From Candidatus Latescibacterota bacterium (GTDB lineage Bacteria > Latescibacterota > UBA2968 > SICM01): 64,000 nt of DNA. The DNA lies in NCBI GenBank assembly GCA_965217865.1, contig CBDCJO010000002.1, positions 4,960,001 through 5,024,000 of the forward strand. Reading direction: 5' to 3'. Each line of letters starts with the position of its first letter. Within the stretch, counting starts at the first letter, position 1. The notes under the pieces are model-generated. The model made no database searches. It saw nothing but the letters and a program-made list of their open reading frames with translations, and was not told the origin of the DNA. The position numbers and the translations under genes are program-made. Below, in pieces: positions 1 through 10,786 of this stretch.

Positions 1-461
1 CCGAAATTGTCGTTGAACTGTCAGCGAAAGGTGGGAATGAACCTCACTTTCACACTTCGTTCTCGGAGTCGTTTACTCCGATAGAAGGTCAACTTGGAGT
101 TCTGGTCGGTGGCAGGCGCAGCATTTTGAGACCAGGCGACACTGCGACCGTTCCGCCCGGAGTGGTGCATTGCTTCTTCAATCCATCCGATGATGTCGTG
201 AAGTTCAAAGGGGAGGCGCGACCGGGGCATCAAGGACTTGAGCGGTTCGCGCAGATAGCGTACGGGTTGGCTCGGGACGGCCACGTAAACAAAAAGGGTT
301 ATCCGAACAAGCTGTCCCACGTAGCGTTGCTGATGGAGATGGGTGATGTGCGTATATCGGGGTTGCCGTTCAAATTGCTGGCTCCGCTATTCCGTTGGGT
401 TGCACGCCGCGCGCGGGCTCGTGGGGTCGAAGATGCGTTGGTAGATCGATATTGTACTTGA
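1..461 (+). CDS. Cupin domain protein (5' truncated by window edge)
   Basis: Frame open from base 3 (EPHFHTSFSESF...LRPGDTATVPPGVVHCFFN); cupin motifs; followed by attC. Confidence 0.8.
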   Translation, partial: EIVVELSAKGGNEPHFHTSFSESFTPIEGQLGVLVGGRRSILRPGDTATVPPGVVHCFFNPSDDVVKFKGEARPGHQGLERFAQIAYGLARDGHVNKKGYPNKLSHVALLMEMGDVRISGLPFKLLAPLFRWVARRARARGVEDALVDRYCT

Positions 462-467
462 CTTGAC

Positions 468-603
468 AGCTAACCAGCGCATGCAGCCGACCCGAAACGC
501 TGTGTCGTGGATTCAGTGTTTGGGTGTTCCGCAGAAGTTTTAGTTTGTAAATTAGAGTCAGCCTCTCCGCAATTTCGGGCGGCTGATCCGCAGTCCGTTA
601 TAC
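468..603 (+). other. attC site
   Basis: R'' AGCTAAC; arms CAGCCGACCCGAAA / TTTCGGGCGGCTG with extrahelical base; R' GTTATAC; directly after a stop codon. Confidence 0.85.
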
Positions 604-747
604 ATATAGGAAAAGTGAACTCAAAATCATGAACGAAGGTCAGACACTCGCACACTATACGATTATCCGACCACTTGGCAAAGGCGGTACGGGTGAGCTC
701 TATCTTGCGCATGCACGCAGAATGGGAAAGAAAGGCGTCGTGATCCG

Positions 748-2367
748 ATGAAACTGCGACTGTCGCAAGCACACCTCGCCGCGGTGAATCGACGCCGACG
801 GGTGATTGTCAATTTCGACACCGGTTTCGGAGCTCCCTCTGTGGTCAGTCCGTTGGCTGGCATGGATATAGAACGCCTGGTGAAGCAATACTTCAGCATG
901 ATCGATGAACAGGGCGTGGAGATGGACAGCATCTGGTGGTGTTGGCTCGACGGAAATTACGCCAATTATCCAAGTCAGATTCTACCGATTTGGGAGCTGC
1001 CCGGATTCAAGGCATGGTGGGATGCTGGAATCGACCCGGTCCGGGTCTTTGCTGAAGAGACCAGCAAGCGAGGCAAGGAGGTGTTCTTTTCCTACCGGCT
1101 AAACGGAACCGACATGACCAGCATAGAGCCATTGAGCAAGCCGTTGTTGAAAGAAGCCCACCCCGAGTGGCTCCTCCATACGTGGGAGGCTTATGGAAAC
1201 CCAGGTTACTGGAACTTCGCGGTGCAGGGCGTGCGCGACTACAAGGTGAGCATTTTGCGTGAAGTCGCGGAAAACTACGACTACGACGGTATCGAGATCG
1301 ACTTTGCCAGAGTGCCCGTGACACTTCCGCCAGGACATCAATGGGAAAACTGCGAGTATTTGACCGGATTCATGCGTGCGGTGCGGGCGATGACGCTGGA
1401 AATTGAAGAGAACCGGGCCCGACCGTTTCTGATCGCGGCCCGGGTACCGGAAACCCTCGAGGGGTGCCACTTTGATGGGATGGATGTCGAAACCTGGGCC
1501 CGTGAGCAACTGGTAGACCTCTTCGTATTGGGGAATCGGTCCTTTGACGTAGACACCGCCGCTTTTCGTCGAATCACAGCGGGGACTGAGATTAAGCTCT
1601 ATCCGTGCATCGATGACCATCACGCCACGGACGGGTATTTGCACCCGCCCATCGAGGTTTTCCGCGGTGTATTTGCGAACTGGTGGCACCAGGGGGCAGA
1701 CGGCATCCAGACGTTCAACTTCACCAACGAGACCCCAGCCGACCCCGACCTCGTATGGGCGACTCACCGTCAGGCATATCGGGAAATGGCCAGCCCGGAG
1801 GGACTCAAACACAAGGACAAGACCTTTGTCCTCCAGCGCCGTGGTGGTGGCCATGGTCCAACCGTTGTGCCGAATCCGGAGGACTGGACCACACCCAGAT
1901 GGATGTACTACCTCACCAACATGTTGGCTCCGCTGCCGGCCAAGCTAGCCAACGATGGCAAAGGGGACACCCTGTTGAAGGTCCACGTCGCCGACGATCT
2001 GGCGAGCGAAGCCAAGGGCGTTGAGCGAATCACCGTTCGCCTTCTGCTGTCCGATTCAGCAGCGGAAGGTCTCCCGGCGAATGAGCGGCTTCAGACCGTC
2101 ACGGTGGCGACCCAAGCGCATACCCTGCAAAACATCCCGCCGGCAAAAGGCATTGCAGATCAAATCGAGTTAAGACTCAACAATGCGCGCCTCGGTCGCC
2201 CGGTCGTGGACGAGGGGTGGCTGGTCTTCACAGCGCAACCCAATCAATTTGCTGTGGGCAACAATCTGGTCGGGTTGCGCGTCACTGAGCGTTCGTTGGA
2301 CGCCCGAGACGAGATCTTGATTGAAAAGCTCGAAGTCCATGTGAAGTACCGGTTTGACGGTCAGTAG
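748..2367 (+). CDS. Glycosyl hydrolase-like TIM-barrel protein (GHL10-like)
   Basis: 539 aa; HPEW, WNFAVQGVR, YDYDGIEIDF and GADGIQTFNF motifs. Confidence 0.65.
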   Translation: MKLRLSQAHLAAVNRRRRVIVNFDTGFGAPSVVSPLAGMDIERLVKQYFSMIDEQGVEMDSIWWCWLDGNYANYPSQILPIWELPGFKAWWDAGIDPVRVFAEETSKRGKEVFFSYRLNGTDMTSIEPLSKPLLKEAHPEWLLHTWEAYGNPGYWNFAVQGVRDYKVSILREVAENYDYDGIEIDFARVPVTLPPGHQWENCEYLTGFMRAVRAMTLEIEENRARPFLIAARVPETLEGCHFDGMDVETWAREQLVDLFVLGNRSFDVDTAAFRRITAGTEIKLYPCIDDHHATDGYLHPPIEVFRGVFANWWHQGADGIQTFNFTNETPADPDLVWATHRQAYREMASPEGLKHKDKTFVLQRRGGGHGPTVVPNPEDWTTPRWMYYLTNMLAPLPAKLANDGKGDTLLKVHVADDLASEAKGVERITVRLLLSDSAAEGLPANERLQTVTVATQAHTLQNIPPAKGIADQIELRLNNARLGRPVVDEGWLVFTAQPNQFAVGNNLVGLRVTERSLDARDEILIEKLEVHVKYRFDGQ

Positions 2368-2398
2368 CGAACAAGCCGGAACGTTGGTTTAGGAACTA

Positions 2399-2453
2399 TT
2401 TCAACACAATGCATCGGATCGCTTCGCGCCTGATGATTGTGAAGCCGTTGTGT
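2399..2453 (+). other. Short attC site
   Basis: TTTCAAC...CATCGG-loop-CCTGATG...GTTGTGT. Confidence 0.65.
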
Positions 2454-2501
2454 TTTTTTGAAGTGCAGTAAAAGTTAAATTTCAACAAAGGAGAAACGCA
2501 A

Positions 2502-2825
2502 ATGCCTCAATACGTTATTGTTTATCTAGGCGGCGATCAGCCATCTAGCCCAGAGGAAGGTAAGCAACATTTTTCGAAATATATGGATTGGTTATCTTCA
2601 TTGGGCGACTCAGCTGTTAGTCCTGCTAATCCGCTTAAGAATACGAGCACAGTAAACTTTGATGGTACTGTTACCACTGGAGGCACAACGACAATGTCTG
2701 GTTACACTATAATTGAAGCGGATTCTATGGAGGCGGCACTGTCGATTGCTAAGGCTTGCCCTTTTCTTGATATTGGCGGTTCACTTGAGGTGTCAGAGTT
2801 AGTAGAGATGCCAAGCCAAAAATAA
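2502..2825 (+). CDS. YCII-related protein (intact cassette)
   Basis: SGYTIIEADSMEAALSIAKACPFL motif; AAGGAG RBS; flanking cores GTTGTGTTT / AAACATAAC are near-complementary. Confidence 0.8.
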   Translation: MPQYVIVYLGGDQPSSPEEGKQHFSKYMDWLSSLGDSAVSPANPLKNTSTVNFDGTVTTGGTTTMSGYTIIEADSMEAALSIAKACPFLDIGGSLEVSELVEMPSQK

Positions 2826-2912
2826 ACATAACAATCGCATTCACTCGGACCGCAAAAAGCGCCGCTCGTGCCTCGCTGTGCTTTTGGCATCCGGTGATGC
2901 GAAGCGTTATGC
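2826..2912 (+). other. attC site
   Basis: ACATAAC..CGCATTCACTCGGA...TCCGGTGATGCG..GTTATGC. Confidence 0.9.
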
Positions 2913-3095
2913 GGCTTTAACGCAGTTGGATCATCCTCCATCACGTGTTCTTGAAGGACGAATACGTCCAGGATCTGATTCACCGAATTGGTCTACCAAA
3001 CGACGACAATCATGTAATCGCCCCCACGGCTCTCAGGAAGTCCAAAGTCGCGTTTGCGTTCAAAGTCGTCAAACTCAACCGATTGAAACCGCCAT

Positions 3096-3884
3096 ATGAA
3101 TCTTCAGGACCTACGCCGGCAATATCAGGAAGACGGCTACGTCATTACACCCGCTCCGGTGGTGTCTCCGGATCTGCTGCAACGCGCAAACGAGCATATG
3201 GACGCGATCATCGCCGGCGACTACGAAACCGGTGTCGAGCCGAGGACAAATGCTGTCGATCTTTCGGACCCGACCAAGCTGATCAAGATCGATCGCCCCG
3301 AGACGGTTGACCGGACGATTGCCGAACTGGTCAGCCTGCGGGCAATCGGCAAGTTGATCGCCGACATCCTGGACGCCGAGATGGTGCAATGCTGGGCCGT
3401 GCAGCTCCTGAAGAAACCGCCGGGTGGCACGACAGCCGGGAACGTCGGTTGGCATCAGGATTTTCAATACTGGCAGGACTGGTGGACGCCGGACAGCGAG
3501 ATCTTTACGGCCTGGATCGCGACAACCGACGTCGACGAATCAATGGGGCCGATGATTTTCCTGCGCGGTTCGCACCGCTGGGGTTTCCTGAATGAAGGCA
3601 ACTTCTTTTCGACGGACATCGAGACCCAGCTCGAGAATCTGGAGCAAGGCCGGGATCAGGAGGCGAAACAGGTATCCGCGGTGATGCCCGCCGGCGCTTT
3701 CAGCATGCACCACCGCCACACCTATCATGGCAGCGGCCCGAATCAATCCGAACGCCCGCGGCGGAGCTTCGCGGTGCACCTGCGGACGGAGAAGTCAGTG
3801 CCGCAACCCGGCTGTGATCATGAATATGTGGCGCACCTGGACGATGAGGTGGTCTGTCCGCTGCTGTACCGGCGGAGTGGGTGA
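3096..3884 (+). CDS. Phytanoyl-CoA dioxygenase (PhyH) family protein
   Basis: WHQD, GSHRWG, HGSGPNQSERPRR motifs. Confidence 0.9.
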   Translation: MNLQDLRRQYQEDGYVITPAPVVSPDLLQRANEHMDAIIAGDYETGVEPRTNAVDLSDPTKLIKIDRPETVDRTIAELVSLRAIGKLIADILDAEMVQCWAVQLLKKPPGGTTAGNVGWHQDFQYWQDWWTPDSEIFTAWIATTDVDESMGPMIFLRGSHRWGFLNEGNFFSTDIETQLENLEQGRDQEAKQVSAVMPAGAFSMHHRHTYHGSGPNQSERPRRSFAVHLRTEKSVPQPGCDHEYVAHLDDEVVCPLLYRRSG

Positions 3885-4028
3885 AATAGAAAATACAGAT
3901 GCCCTGCTGACTTGCCACCACGGGAGTGAACCGTGTGAGCTTCCGCTATATGTGATATACAGGCGGCGAATACGGAGCAGCCAGCGAAGAAAGCTAACGA
4001 ACAACTCAGCGAGAGGGACGCTACAGTG

Positions 4029-4583
4029 ATGGAACGAGACACCGAACAGAAGATCACTCACCACCTTGAAATGTCGAGCCGCAATGATCTTCGACCGTCT
4101 GAGCGTACAACAGCCGAATTCGAAGTCAAACGTGTCGAGATAGCATGTCCCGAATTCAATTGGTTCCTGCACCAGGCCGTGGGGCCCGAATTCCGATGGG
4201 GAGGCCGTGACGATTGGGGCCGTCAAGAGTGGACTGAGTACGTGGATCGGCCGGAGCTGGAGACGTGGGTCGCTTACGTGGCGGGAACTCCGGCCGGCTA
4301 CTATGAACTCCAAAAAGAAGACGACAGCAGCGTGCAGATCAAGTGCTTTGGTTTGCGCAAACAGTTCTTCGGCCAGGGACTGGGCGGTTCCCTGTTGATC
4401 AAGGCGGCTGGGCGGTGTTGGGAGATGGGCGCCAACCGCGTTTGGCTGACGACGTGCAACCACGATCATCCGCACGCCCTGCAGAACTACCTTGCCCGCG
4501 GGTTCAAGCTTGTCAAAGAAACGACCAGTCCACCCAACCAACCGCGCGAATCGGCGCTTTTCGCGCCACCCAGGAAGCCGTGA
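4029..4583 (+). CDS. GNAT N-acetyltransferase
   Basis: FFGQGLGGSLL acetyl-CoA motif; HPHALQNYLARGF. Confidence 0.85.
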   Translation: MERDTEQKITHHLEMSSRNDLRPSERTTAEFEVKRVEIACPEFNWFLHQAVGPEFRWGGRDDWGRQEWTEYVDRPELETWVAYVAGTPAGYYELQKEDDSSVQIKCFGLRKQFFGQGLGGSLLIKAAGRCWEMGANRVWLTTCNHDHPHALQNYLARGFKLVKETTSPPNQPRESALFAPPRKP

Positions 4584-4611
4584 TATGATGTGTGACCCTC
4601 GACCACATGGC

Positions 4612-5202
4612 ATGATGTCGTTTTCGTCCTTACTGGTTGAGGTTCGGGCTTGCACCATATGCGAGGCTCACTTGCCGCTCGGTCCCCGTCCTGTCCTTCA
4701 GTTGCACTCGAAGGCAAGGGTTCTGATTGCGGCGCAAGCACCGGGTAGAAAGGTTCACGACTCAGGCGTGCCGTTCGATGACGCCAGCGGAAATCGCTTG
4801 CGCGAGTGGCTGGATGTGACCCGCGAAGTGTTCTACGACCCGGAGCAGATCGCGATTCTTCCGATGGGCTTCTGCTTTCCCGGTTCAGGAAGGCAGGGAG
4901 ACCTTCCGCCACGACCCGAGTGTGCGCCTGCTTGGCGCAAACAGCTTCTTGGGCAGCTTCGCCACTTGGAGGTCACCTTGGTGCTCGGGCAGTACGCGCA
5001 GGCGTACCACTTTGGTGAAGCGAGTTCGTCCCTAACCGAACGGGTGAAGTCGTGGCGTACCTATTGGCCACACAGGGTTCCGCTTCCACACCCCAGCCCG
5101 AGAAACAACCTTTGGCTGCGCAGGAATCCGTGGTTCGAGGTCGAACTCCTCCCGTCGCTTCGAAAACGTGTGTCAGAGGTTCTTACACGTAAGCATGCTT
5201 AA
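4612..5202 (+). CDS. Uracil-DNA glycosylase family protein
   Basis: [28 protein letters not shown]; start moved to ATG 4612. Confidence 0.9.
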   Translation: MMSFSSLLVEVRACTICEAHLPLGPRPVLQLHSKARVLIAAQAPGRKVHDSGVPFDDASGNRLREWLDVTREVFYDPEQIAILPMGFCFPGSGRQGDLPPRPECAPAWRKQLLGQLRHLEVTLVLGQYAQAYHFGEASSSLTERVKSWRTYWPHRVPLPHPSPRNNLWLRRNPWFEVELLPSLRKRVSEVLTRKHA

Positions 5203-5231
5203 CAACAGCATACAACCTTGGAGAATTATTT

Positions 5232-6239
5232 ATGAAAGCAATTGTACACACAAAATATGGACCACCGGATGTTCTTCAGCTCAAAGAAGTAGAAAAACCG
5301 ACTCCCAAGGACAATGAAATACTGGTAAAAATATATGCGGCAACAGTAACATCAGGGGACTGGAGAATGCGAAAGGCTGACCCATTTGCTATAAGATTTT
5401 TCAATGGTCTCAGAACACCCCAAAAAACTATACTAGGGCATGAGCTAGCCGGGGAAATTGAATCAGTGGGCAAAGCTGTAAGACTATTTAGGAAAGATGA
5501 CCAAGTTTTTGGAACTACCACCGGGTTGAGTTTTGGTTCTTATGCCGAGTACATATATCTGCCTGAAGAACATTTATCCACAGATAAACTGCTTGAAAAT
5601 AACATGGTGGCAATAAAACCGACCAATATGACCTATGAGGAAGCCGCCGCCGTTCCTATTGGGGGAAATACAGCATTGCATTTTCTTAGAAAAGGAAATA
5701 TCCAGAGGGGACAAAAAGTTCTTATCTATGGAGCTTCTGGAAGTATAGGTACTTCTGCGGTACAGCTTGCCAAGTACTTTGGGGCAGAAGTTACCGGGGT
5801 ATGCAGTACCACGAATTTAGAATTGGTGAAATCTCTGGGAGCCGATAAAGTAATTGATTACACCAAAGAGGATTTTAGCAAAAGCGCTGAAACGTATGAC
5901 ATTATTTTTGACACGGTTGGCAAGAGTTCGTTTTCAGGTTGTAAAAGATCGCTAAAGAAAAAAGGTTTCTATCCTAGAGCTGTCCACATGTCGCTGTCAC
6001 CGATTGTTCGAGGGATATGGACTTCAATGACAAGCAGCAAGAAAGTAATAGGTGGGATAGCAACCGAGCGTAAAGAAGATTTAATTTTCCTAAAAGAGCT
6101 TATTGAGGCGGGGAAGATTAAATCAGTCATTGATAGACGCTATCCGTTGGAGCAAGTTGCCGAGGCGCATAGCTATGTTGAAAAAGGGCACAAAAAAGGA
6201 AATGTAGTCATAACTGTGGAACATAATAACAAAACCTAA
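5232..6239 (+). CDS. NAD(P)-dependent alcohol dehydrogenase / quinone oxidoreductase (MDR)
   Basis: [29 protein letters not shown]; AT-richer than neighbours. Confidence 0.9.
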   Translation: MKAIVHTKYGPPDVLQLKEVEKPTPKDNEILVKIYAATVTSGDWRMRKADPFAIRFFNGLRTPQKTILGHELAGEIESVGKAVRLFRKDDQVFGTTTGLSFGSYAEYIYLPEEHLSTDKLLENNMVAIKPTNMTYEEAAAVPIGGNTALHFLRKGNIQRGQKVLIYGASGSIGTSAVQLAKYFGAEVTGVCSTTNLELVKSLGADKVIDYTKEDFSKSAETYDIIFDTVGKSSFSGCKRSLKKKGFYPRAVHMSLSPIVRGIWTSMTSSKKVIGGIATERKEDLIFLKELIEAGKIKSVIDRRYPLEQVAEAHSYVEKGHKKGNVVITVEHNNKT

Positions 6240-6305
6240 CATAGCGCTGCACCCGACCGCTATTCCGCGGCGCTTCATAGCGGCAGGTGAGCTTGGCCGT
6301 TGGCC
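6234..6305 (+). other. attC site
   Basis: ACCTAAC (contains the stop codon)..GCTGCACC...GGTGAGC..GTTGGCC. Confidence 0.9.
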
Positions 6306-6406
6306 TGTCCAATCTTGAAGTCGCCAATCCCACGGAGGCGCTGACACGCGGCGAAGCCTGTCACGGCAGCTTAAGCATCAAAGTATTCTATGATCGAAGG
6401 AACCCC

Positions 6407-8002
6407 ATGTACGTTCATCCAAGATCCGTGGCACACAAAGTGTTTACCGTCTGGCGAAGTCCCGGCCGATTTACCAAAAACCCGGACATCATCCGACTGA
6501 AATCCGGCCGTCTCCTCCTCGTCTACTCCGACACCGAAGCACACTGGGGAGAAACAACGCAGATTCTCACGATCCTGTACAGTGAGGACGACGGGCGAAC
6601 GTGGGACAGATTGAGCGAAGTGGCAACCGCTGACCTAAGCAAAGGTGAGGAACGCCTGGTCACTCCACGGATCAGCCTGCTCAGCAACGACCGGATTGCC
6701 GTCATCTGCGACCACGACGATTTCAGCCACTTTCACGAAGATCAACCGCCCGGCAATTGGATCTGGTGGAGCATCGATGAGGGCAAAACCTGGGACGGCC
6801 CGTACAAACCAAACATCATGGGCTTTGAACCCGACCGGATGATGGAACTGCCAGACGGACGCCTCGCAGTGTGCTCGCATATTATGTTGCGCGAAAGCCA
6901 GGAAATCGCCGAAATCATGACCCTCTCAACAGACAGCGGCAAAACCTGGGGCAATCGGACCATCGTTGCACACGATGGTTATCACCGGTTTTGTGAAGGA
7001 GCCCTCGTGGTCCTTAACGGCGGAAAAGAACTGGCCTGCGTTATGCGCGAAAATCACTCGGGCGGCATTCCCAGCTTTGCCACCTTTTCTCAGGACAACG
7101 GTCAAACCTGGAGAGATCCGCAAATGTGTCCTTTTGCGCTACACCGTCCCTACGTAAAGCAACTCGGCGACGGCCGGTGTATGGTCACCGGGCGCCAAGT
7201 AAACGGCGGCCTGGGGAGTTACGCCTGGATCGGAGACTTGAAAAAAGAGGCGGGAACCTACGCAATCGGGGGTCCCCGCAGAAAATACAGCGCAACATTA
7301 AGAAACGGAGCACTCACCGTTGAAAACAGACCCGAGCACGAATGCCGCTACAGCCTGCTGCCACCCCAGGATCGATTCAGCACAGTTGACTTCGAAGCTG
7401 AAATGAAGGTGGAAGGCCCTCCAGGAGAACCGGCCGCATTTATGTCCTGCGGAAGCATTGGGGCCCTTCTCCACATCGGTTCCGATTTCATGGCCCTTGG
7501 CGAAGGGCAGCGCACTGACTTCCACAGAAGAGTCGATTTTTCTCGCCTGAGAAGCGTTGCCATCCGGCACAAAGGCGGATTGATGCGGGTGCAAGTAGAC
7601 GGCGAGGACTTGATCTATCTCAATGTCTTTCGTGGAGAAACCGAAATCTCAGATCCCCGGACCGCTCGGCCGGATATGCGCACCATGTTCGGCCAGTGGG
7701 GCAACACAGGTACGAGTACCTGGACTACCGTTTCCTTCTCGTCCCAAAACAAAACGCTTGAAGACTGGTCCTGGAACTGGTCTGCTGCATCCGGCGATTA
7801 CCCCGACCAGTATCAACGCAACCGCATGGTACAGATCCACGCCAATCACCCCGATCAGAAACCCAACCCGGATCACGGTTATTCCTCCTGGCTCACACTG
7901 CCTGACGGTCGAATTATTCTGGTCGATTACACCAATTGTGGAGACGCACCCGGGAAAAGCCATATCGTTGGGGTTCACCTCACCTGCGAAGATATTGCGT
8001 AA
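6407..8002 (+). CDS. Sialidase-like BNR/Asp-box protein
   Basis: Four SxDxGxTW Asp boxes; start set at ATG 6407, downstream of attC. Confidence 0.8.
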   Translation: MYVHPRSVAHKVFTVWRSPGRFTKNPDIIRLKSGRLLLVYSDTEAHWGETTQILTILYSEDDGRTWDRLSEVATADLSKGEERLVTPRISLLSNDRIAVICDHDDFSHFHEDQPPGNWIWWSIDEGKTWDGPYKPNIMGFEPDRMMELPDGRLAVCSHIMLRESQEIAEIMTLSTDSGKTWGNRTIVAHDGYHRFCEGALVVLNGGKELACVMRENHSGGIPSFATFSQDNGQTWRDPQMCPFALHRPYVKQLGDGRCMVTGRQVNGGLGSYAWIGDLKKEAGTYAIGGPRRKYSATLRNGALTVENRPEHECRYSLLPPQDRFSTVDFEAEMKVEGPPGEPAAFMSCGSIGALLHIGSDFMALGEGQRTDFHRRVDFSRLRSVAIRHKGGLMRVQVDGEDLIYLNVFRGETEISDPRTARPDMRTMFGQWGNTGTSTWTTVSFSSQNKTLEDWSWNWSAASGDYPDQYQRNRMVQIHANHPDQKPNPDHGYSSWLTLPDGRIILVDYTNCGDAPGKSHIVGVHLTCEDIA

Positions 8003-8404
8003 AAGGAGGAGGCCAACCAGGAGGAACAGCGGGTGGCTTCGTATTCAACGCCGAACCAAGGCTGGGAAGAGCCACCGGTCCTCAGCCACGCCAGCCAAGA
8101 AGATGGATCGAAACGATTCCTTCGCCGGCATGCAGTGCCCGGCCTGTCAGGCGGGGGTCTATAGACCGTTTGTGCTGGAGGTGCACTGAAAGGGAAATCT
8201 AGCCCTGGATTCAGCACGTCAATCCCGTTTGGAAGGGACCGATGGAACGTATGGAGGCTGCCGTTGCCGCTTGGCGTGGGCAGATGTGTCAAGAAGCCCT
8301 CATACAGGACGATCCCGAAGCCATGGAGAGATTCATAGTCGAGGGCATTGGTCCATCGACAGAGGATGGAGACTCGTCGAACAAAAGAGCAGATTGGCAT
8401 GTCC

Positions 8405-8460
8405 ATCTAACAAGAGCATGCACCAGACACCTTCGGTGCACTTGATGCGAGTCGTTGTGC
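8405..8460 (+). other. attC site
   Basis: ATCTAAC..GCATGCA..CACCTTCGGTG..TGATGC..GTTGTGC. Confidence 0.8.
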
Positions 8461-9275
8461 AACAAATTCCTGTAATTACTCTTGATATAGCTAACCGAAT
8501 TGAACGTAGTGTTGCAGAATTCTACGGTGGTGATTTTTACAACCGATGCAAAAATATTGAAGTGGAGAATTTTGGTAATTCTATAGCTGTCAAAATTCCG
8601 TCAAAGCCTTGGCGAAGCGGTATTTTTTGTTTCTCAGATCAGGATGTAAAATACTTAAAGGATATTGTTGAATTTTTTCGAGTAGATTACCCAAATTTCA
8701 ATTTCTATCTGTCACCCATGGGGTATACTAAAACTGTCGGTCAACTATTGATTGAGGCGGGACTTATCCCGACTTCAAACTCCCAAACCATATTCTATGG
8801 CGTACCATCTGATACGTTAGATACTTTAAATCAAGACGTGATCGTGGAACCTGCGTCTTTGAAAACAATTGACAGCTATATAGAAACTCAAATTACTGGA
8901 TTCGAATATCGCTCTGATTGGCGTGATGCCATTAAGGCTGAAATCACAGAATGGTTTAGTGCTGATGGTTTTAATCCTTATTTAGTACTCTATAGGGGTG
9001 AGCCCGCTGGTTCGGCATATCTTATGGCTCGTGGAGGAATCGGATATTTTGCAGATGACGCAGTTGTACCAAAGTTTCGTGGGAAGGGATTACATTTAGC
9101 TTTACTCAATTACCGGTTAAGTGCTGCCAACAATCTGGACTCCGAATTGGTAATTAGCGGAGCTGACTTTGGATCTACAAGTTTTCGGAATCATCTTCGC
9201 GTTGGATTTAGGCAAGCATACATTGAGACAACCTGGCAAAAAGTAACCAATGAAAGAATGAAAACCAGTCGCTGA
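8457..9275 (+). CDS. GNAT N-acetyltransferase
   Basis: VVPKFRGKGLHLALL motif; probable GTG start within the attC R' core. Confidence 0.7.
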   Translation: MQQIPVITLDIANRIERSVAEFYGGDFYNRCKNIEVENFGNSIAVKIPSKPWRSGIFCFSDQDVKYLKDIVEFFRVDYPNFNFYLSPMGYTKTVGQLLIEAGLIPTSNSQTIFYGVPSDTLDTLNQDVIVEPASLKTIDSYIETQITGFEYRSDWRDAIKAEITEWFSADGFNPYLVLYRGEPAGSAYLMARGGIGYFADDAVVPKFRGKGLHLALLNYRLSAANNLDSELVISGADFGSTSFRNHLRVGFRQAYIETTWQKVTNERMKTSR

Positions 9276-9353
9276 ACAGGATGTGAACCTCATTCGGCTG
9301 AATTTGAGGAGACCTGGTTCTCGTCGTGTTCGCGCTAACAAAAACTCGGACCT

Positions 9354-9663
9354 ATGTCACGAAAACAACTTCCTAAGCATCTAATTCACACCTTCATTGA
9401 CCTCGCTCACTTGGATGATAAATTGCCCGAGCTAAAGCGGATGGCGAAGGAACATCCCACAATGTTGTGCAGCCTGGGGTGAAACGGGTACGAGTCGTTT
9501 GGGAGCAAACGAATACGAGAAGGCGGTGCTCAAGATTATTAAGCGTCTGTTCAAGGCAGGGGTCGATCCGAAGAAAACGTGTAAAGCTGGAAAGACAGCT
9601 CTGGACATCTGCGTTGAAAACGGTTTTGAAAAACGAGCTGACCTGATCCGGAGTTTAAGCTGA
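9354..9663 (+). pseudogene. Ankyrin-repeat gene remnant
   Basis: Two frames: MSRKQLPKH... and ...LFKAGVDPKKTCKAGKTALDIC...*. Confidence 0.55.
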
Positions 9664-9928
9664 TGGGAAATTACAGTCATTTTTTAGAGAAATTGTGCCG
9701 CCTGTTCGTGACGTCTAGTCTGAGATAGACGTGTTGAACGCCTAACCAGACAGCTTACCCGCAAGGTATGCTTCATGAAATGGCCAGCATGAACGAAAGC
9801 CGACTCACGGATCTTGTCGCGTATTACGCCGCTCGGGCAAGTGAGTACGACAAGGTCTATTTGAAGCCTGGGCGGCAGCACCTAGTAGAGCGTGAATAAA
9901 GCCTTTAAGACCACACCCCAGAGGAGGA

Positions 9929-10312
9929 GTGAAACCTATAAGCAATGCACCGACCGAGGTGAACGAATATGACGCGATTGCCAAGACCGTCCAGCACTAT
10001 ATCGATGGAGCCAAGTCTGGCAGAGGCGCCGACATGAAGCCCGCCTTTCACAAGGACGCGACGATCTTCGGCTATGTCGGTACCGACCTGTTCGCCGGCC
10101 CCATCCATCAACTCTTTGACTGGAATGATCAGAACGGTCCGGCGACAGGGCTCCAAGCACGGATCGTCAGCATCGATATCATCGAAACGATCGCTACTGT
10201 GCGGCTGGAACTCGACAACTGGACCGGCAACCGGTTTACCGACCTGTTCACCATGCTAAAAGTCGACGGGGAGTGGAAGATCATGAATAAGGTCTTCCAT
10301 ACGCACCCCTAA
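9929..10312 (+). CDS. NTF2-like / putative lumazine-binding protein
   Basis: HYIDGA, AFHKDA, FTDLFTMLKVDGEWKIMNKVF. Confidence 0.85.
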   Translation: MKPISNAPTEVNEYDAIAKTVQHYIDGAKSGRGADMKPAFHKDATIFGYVGTDLFAGPIHQLFDWNDQNGPATGLQARIVSIDIIETIATVRLELDNWTGNRFTDLFTMLKVDGEWKIMNKVFHTHP

Positions 10313-10439
10313 GGGATCAGCGAGCGAAGCGGTCTGGAAAGCGGACGGACTGCCTCAAAACAGCTTTATGAAACTGCTTTCGACCAATGATGGGTACGAG
10401 TAGTGGATCCGGCGGGAAGCAGCATTTCGGGATCACTAT

Positions 10440-10669
10440 TATGATATTTCCTGCCTGTCTTGACTCAGAGATATTCGTTTGCCTGTGATCGCTATATGGC
10501 GTTATATTGCAGGTTGTAAATGAGACAAATCAAATGCAGATCAAAGGCCGGCAGATCGGACGTGGAAAACATGTATCGTAGTTTTAGGGGATGATATGCA
10601 GACCCAGATATCACATCAAGATCAAGGAGATTACACAGTAGGAAAAGGTTTATAAACAAGCGGTTGGGT
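10440..10669 (+). promoter_or_regulatory. Repeated promoter/attI-like unit, copy 1
   Basis: Homologous to 20522-20747; TTGCCT..TATATT; ends TAAACAAGCG-GTTGGGT. Confidence 0.5.
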
Positions 10670-10786
10670 AATTAATTGCCCAATTGAGAATCATGATATG
10701 GACCGATCTGGCAGCGTTTGCAGTTGCTATACAGGTCTGTATTGTTAATAGTTGGCCATTGAGCTACAAGGTATGGTACTTCAGGC

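Noticed and set aside
8229-8456. N-terminal extensions of ORFs 8229-9275 and 6287-8002
   Set aside because: They read through attC sites; real starts are downstream.
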